Below are positions 60,265-64,000 of a stretch of 64,000 bases of DNA, piece by piece. How positions within the stretch are numbered: position 1 is the stretch's first letter; each line of letters opens with the position of its first letter. The notes beneath the pieces are model-generated. The model was not told where the DNA came from and made no database searches. It saw only the letters and a program-made list of their open reading frames with translations. A program made the translations under genes and the position numbers. This DNA is from Ascidiella aspersa (Eukaryota): the NCBI GenBank assembly GCA_963924565.1, contig OZ004614.1:5518001-5582000 (forward strand), written 5' to 3'.

Positions 60265-61169
60265 CCTCTGTGTATGCATGGTTCTCCCGTAGTTTTATAA
60301 CTTATACAACACTCAATACTGCCACGTTGACCACGACTGGAAATAAATAATTACACCTTTCCAAATATACACGACTAAGTTTTAAACGCCGATCAATATG
60401 CCTTTACCAAACCGAACTAAAACACGCAAGTTCATAACAGATTCAAAAGTAGATTGAAGGAGATGTCGCAACTCGACAGTGGCCCGGTATTTTACGGCCG
60501 CATCAGCGCGCAAAAAGCATATTTAAAACTCATTGCGCCCGAAAAGCAGAGTTGACACTTATCTGATCATAATAAGCGACATTTCAGTGTTTATCGCTGA
60601 TCTAAACCTTAACGATTCGGTGTTTTGTCGAGCGCTAAACGCCCTCTACTGATGTTGGGCTGATTTTAAAAGGTCCTTATTTGTTTTTTTAACGCGCGAT
60701 AAAGTGGCCACATGCAAAGATGCCAGCAGTGTGAGGAAAATCATAACGTTGCGTTGAAAAGCAAGCAATACGTGGCTGTCGACATTATCAAAAAAACATT
60801 TAGACTCAAGTCGAATTTCAATAAATCGTAAGTGCTGTCGCAAAATTGGCATTGGGCGAAGCGAGTTAGTGTTTTTAATCAATAAAATAACGCACCTATT
60901 TTGAACCTGCACAGGAATAGGTAAACAAAATTTTTTTGCCAAATTGATGGATATAAAAACACAATATAAGCCATTGACTCTAACATGTATTGTGTCTTAT
61001 TAAAGTAATGCGTATTTATCAAAAAATATTTCAAACTAAAACAACAAGATTATTTTGGGCAATTTTTCAAGCCGCAGGCCGTGGTAAAAAAAAAACACAA
61101 GTGAAATTCAAAGGGCGCTCATAATATGACTGAACTTCAAATTTACATAAATTAAAGTTTTTTTTTTGC

Positions 61170-61334
61170 TGGGTACACTATGCACGGATCTGTAATGTAG
61201 CTTGATAATGAATTGCAAAGCCAAAATGGTCGAGTAGATCGACATCATCTTGATTAAGACGTTTCGGTACAAACTTGTGTCAGATAATCAAGATGGTGAC
61301 TATCTACTCGACCTTTTTGCCTTTGCAATTCATT
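61170..61334 (-). mobile_element. Family-B foldback element with central hammerhead remnant
   Basis: ~50-bp inverted arms 61207-61256 / 61285-61334; other copies ~20565-20681, 36605-36670, 50204-50340. Confidence 0.75.
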
Positions 61335-61880
61335 GCCAATTTTATTTCGTTGTGTTGCATAAAACATCAGCGTAAAATCCTGGAGACAATACACTCTGAT
61401 GACATCAAGTTCACTTTGCCAAGGTGAAATTATTTTTTGTGTTGGACAAAATATTAGCGTAAAATTCACGATACATTCTACTCTGAATACAGCGCGTTCA
61501 CTTCACCGAGGTGCGCCTCAACACGCCTTGTAAATGGCGAGCACGCTTAGATGCCCCTAATTGGTCGCGTCCCGCTGGCTTCAAACAGTCGCGTTGCGAC
61601 AAAATCAACCGGCGTTTTAGGGCGACGTTAACGTGGGCTAACTTCTGAAAAGGGGGATAGGCAGCGGGGTTAACAAAGCGACAGTTATGGGGTCGGCTGT
61701 CAATGATTTTTGCAGCCTTTTTTCGCTACAGTTACCGGTAAGTTAGTACACCGTGGTTTGAACTTTATCTTACAGATCAAGTGGTAAATCACTTTGACCT
61801 GATGAAGCACGGTTGTGCAAAAGCTTGTCGAGAATTTAATATAATTTATTTTTACGTAGTGCCACCTGATTCCTCTAGTA

Positions 61881-62166
61881 CAGGGGTTCCAAAACTTGTT
61901 TTGCCGCAGACCCCTAAATTTGTTTTGGCTTGGCGTGCACCACGGTAGGCAATACATTTTTAAAAGGACGTCATAAATTGACGTCACAATACAAATTGAC
62001 TTCATAAATTTGCTTATATCGGTCGAAAAATGTGAAATAAAATGGAATATAGATACATTCAGTGCAAAACTGTTTTATTTTTAGTTCAATTAGACTTTTA
62101 TGGACCCCCCTAAAACTAGTTTACGGACCCCCAAAGGGTTCATGGACCCAAGTTTAGAAACCCCTG
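61881..62166. mobile_element. hAT MITE (CAGGGGTTCTT family)
   Basis: CAGGGGTT...AACCCCTG termini; internal similarity to other copies. Confidence 0.78.
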
Positions 62167-62659
62167 CTATATAGGCAGGACACATAACGATTGTGTTTTC
62201 GTATGATTTTGTATTTTATATGCACTATCAAAGACCGTCAAAATGTCAGTTGTTCATAGTTTGTCATCGCTACAAAATCTAGTCGAATCGCAATTAAAAA
62301 CGATCACGTTGGTCTTTTAGAGTTTAGACGAGCCGTCCTGAAGTCACGTAACGAAAGAAGCGATGACATTTAGAGCTTTACGAAAAGTGCCAGGTTACAA
62401 GCGACCATTACATTACGCCGCGCATTGGGAGATGCTGGCGAAAGGCAAGCGCTGATGTGGGCCGCGAGATTGATGGGGCAAATGTGGCGTTAGACGTCTC
62501 GCGTGCACACAAAACACTGCTGCAGTAATGACTGAATACAAGTGGCACGTGAAAAGGCCAAAACAGCAAGAACGTTAGTAACCGCATTTTCGACTGGTCC
62601 CTGATCCTTCATTCCGCTTTGTGTTATTAGGCTTGCTCGCAAAAGCCCGTTATCTATTT

Positions 62660-62920
62660 TAGTGTTTCTTAATCAGATGAATGGTTCACCGCAGGGTGAA
62701 TAAATTTTTTGCAGGGCTGAACCAACCAAAAGGGGTGAATAAGGGTGAACCGTCAGCAATGGATGATAGTTTGCGTCAGAAATGGATGAAGTCATTTTGT
62801 GCTGTTATTTATAGACGAGATAGTTTTATCAAATCATAAGACAAGGATAAGACAAGGGTTGACGAAATCTGGAGATAGATGCTAGGGGTGAACAAAACTA
62901 TAAAAGTTTAAGAAGCACTG
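62660..62920. mobile_element. MITE (GGTGAA-motif family); second copy at ~366-695
   Basis: AGTGTTTCTTAA...TTAAGAAGCACT termini; long shared sequence with 366-695. Confidence 0.75.
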
Positions 62921-64000
62921 ATCTATTTATCCATGCTTAGGCATTCGTAGGCTAGCTCTGCGAAATACTGACAAATGCGTTTGGGATTTGCGAAGGCATT
63001 GGGTTGGGATAGTAACCAAATGGTTATAAAACGGCAAGGTTAACTGCGAATCACAGCGAAAAAAATCACGAAAAACACAGGTTTGCAAAACGGGACCGGC
63101 CATTTGATAAATAGCTTTGTAACAGTCTGTGTTTTTATTTGCAGTGAAAAGGCTCCTATATTCCATAAGCCTTGATTGCAAAAAAACGGAAAGCGTTGAT
63201 GGGCAGATAAAACGGCACATGTTATCAAGAAGTGTGACTTGTGTGAGAGATATCAATCATTGAAGCAAACAAAGTAATAGTCAAACTGCATTATATCTGC
63301 TTTAAGGTAAGATTTAAGCTCGAATTGTGCGAACGAAAAGCAATACTGCACATTTAGTGGCGGTGGAAAGTAAAGAAAATTTGGCCAAAAATGGTGCTTT
63401 GTTTATTTTCACTCAAGCACTTCATATTTCTGTGCAAATTTCCGGACGGCGTGATGGCCACCATTACGAACGTAGTTTGTTATTCCAGCCCAGTGACAAG
63501 CAAATATTTGGTTACTGGAATTCACTTTAAAAAAGGCACGCACCTGTTGACCATGGTAATATAACGCAGATCTTACCAATTGCAAAATGCATGTATTCAA
63601 GCCCGTTTTCAATTTTGTGTTCTAATCAAATTACCAGTGGAAATATTTGACACCCTGAAAGCTTCATTTCCGTACGTATAAGTTTCCCGCTTTATCACAA
63701 TTCAGTTTTGTGGCGTCGATAATGGCTTAGCGACGCAAAAGGCGTGGCGACTATCTGGGAGAAGTCACGAATTAGGAGCGGTTGTTGAACAACAAAAACG
63801 AGCCCTTTTTTTTGGAAAAAAATGGACTCTTATTTTTAAATTACCCCCGTCAGGGTTAAACCGCCAAGTAGGGCATGAAGAAACACAAAAGGATCCTATC
63901 CAGACCGAATACGACCATTGTCATCACATCAATTGAAATAAGAATTGCGGTCGCGACACAGCACCATACGAGAAAGTATCAGTAATTTCGTTTTTTTGAA

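Overview
AT-rich animal genomic DNA with GT-AG introns; it looks like an invertebrate chordate such as an ascidian, but the taxon is inferred, not shown. Most of the window is a minus-strand TMTC2 orthologue (protein O-mannosyltransferase, DUF1736 + TPR). I traced 14 coding exons by hand (56778 down to 9554, phases consistent); the first exon was not found and is probably beyond the right edge. Two genes are nested in its introns. A 7-exon plus-strand class A GPCR (GPR84/Tre1/Moody-like, ~1009 aa, third intracellular loop ~640 aa) lies in the 28.7-kb intron. An intronless FLVCR/SLC49-like MFS transporter lies on the same strand as the host. The probable first exon of an unknown single-pass membrane protein is at the left edge. 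Non-coding DNA holds many hAT-type MITEs (several with 8-bp TSDs), a tRNA-derived SINE-like head and several ~145-180-bp tandem duplications. Most interesting: four unrelated dispersed repeat families plus one solitary site carry minimal type I hammerhead-ribozyme cores of the Penelope-like kind. In two families the core sits in the spacer of a long foldback element, and the most abundant family has the U3-A8 compensatory core variant. All analysis is by eye; no search or folding program was run.
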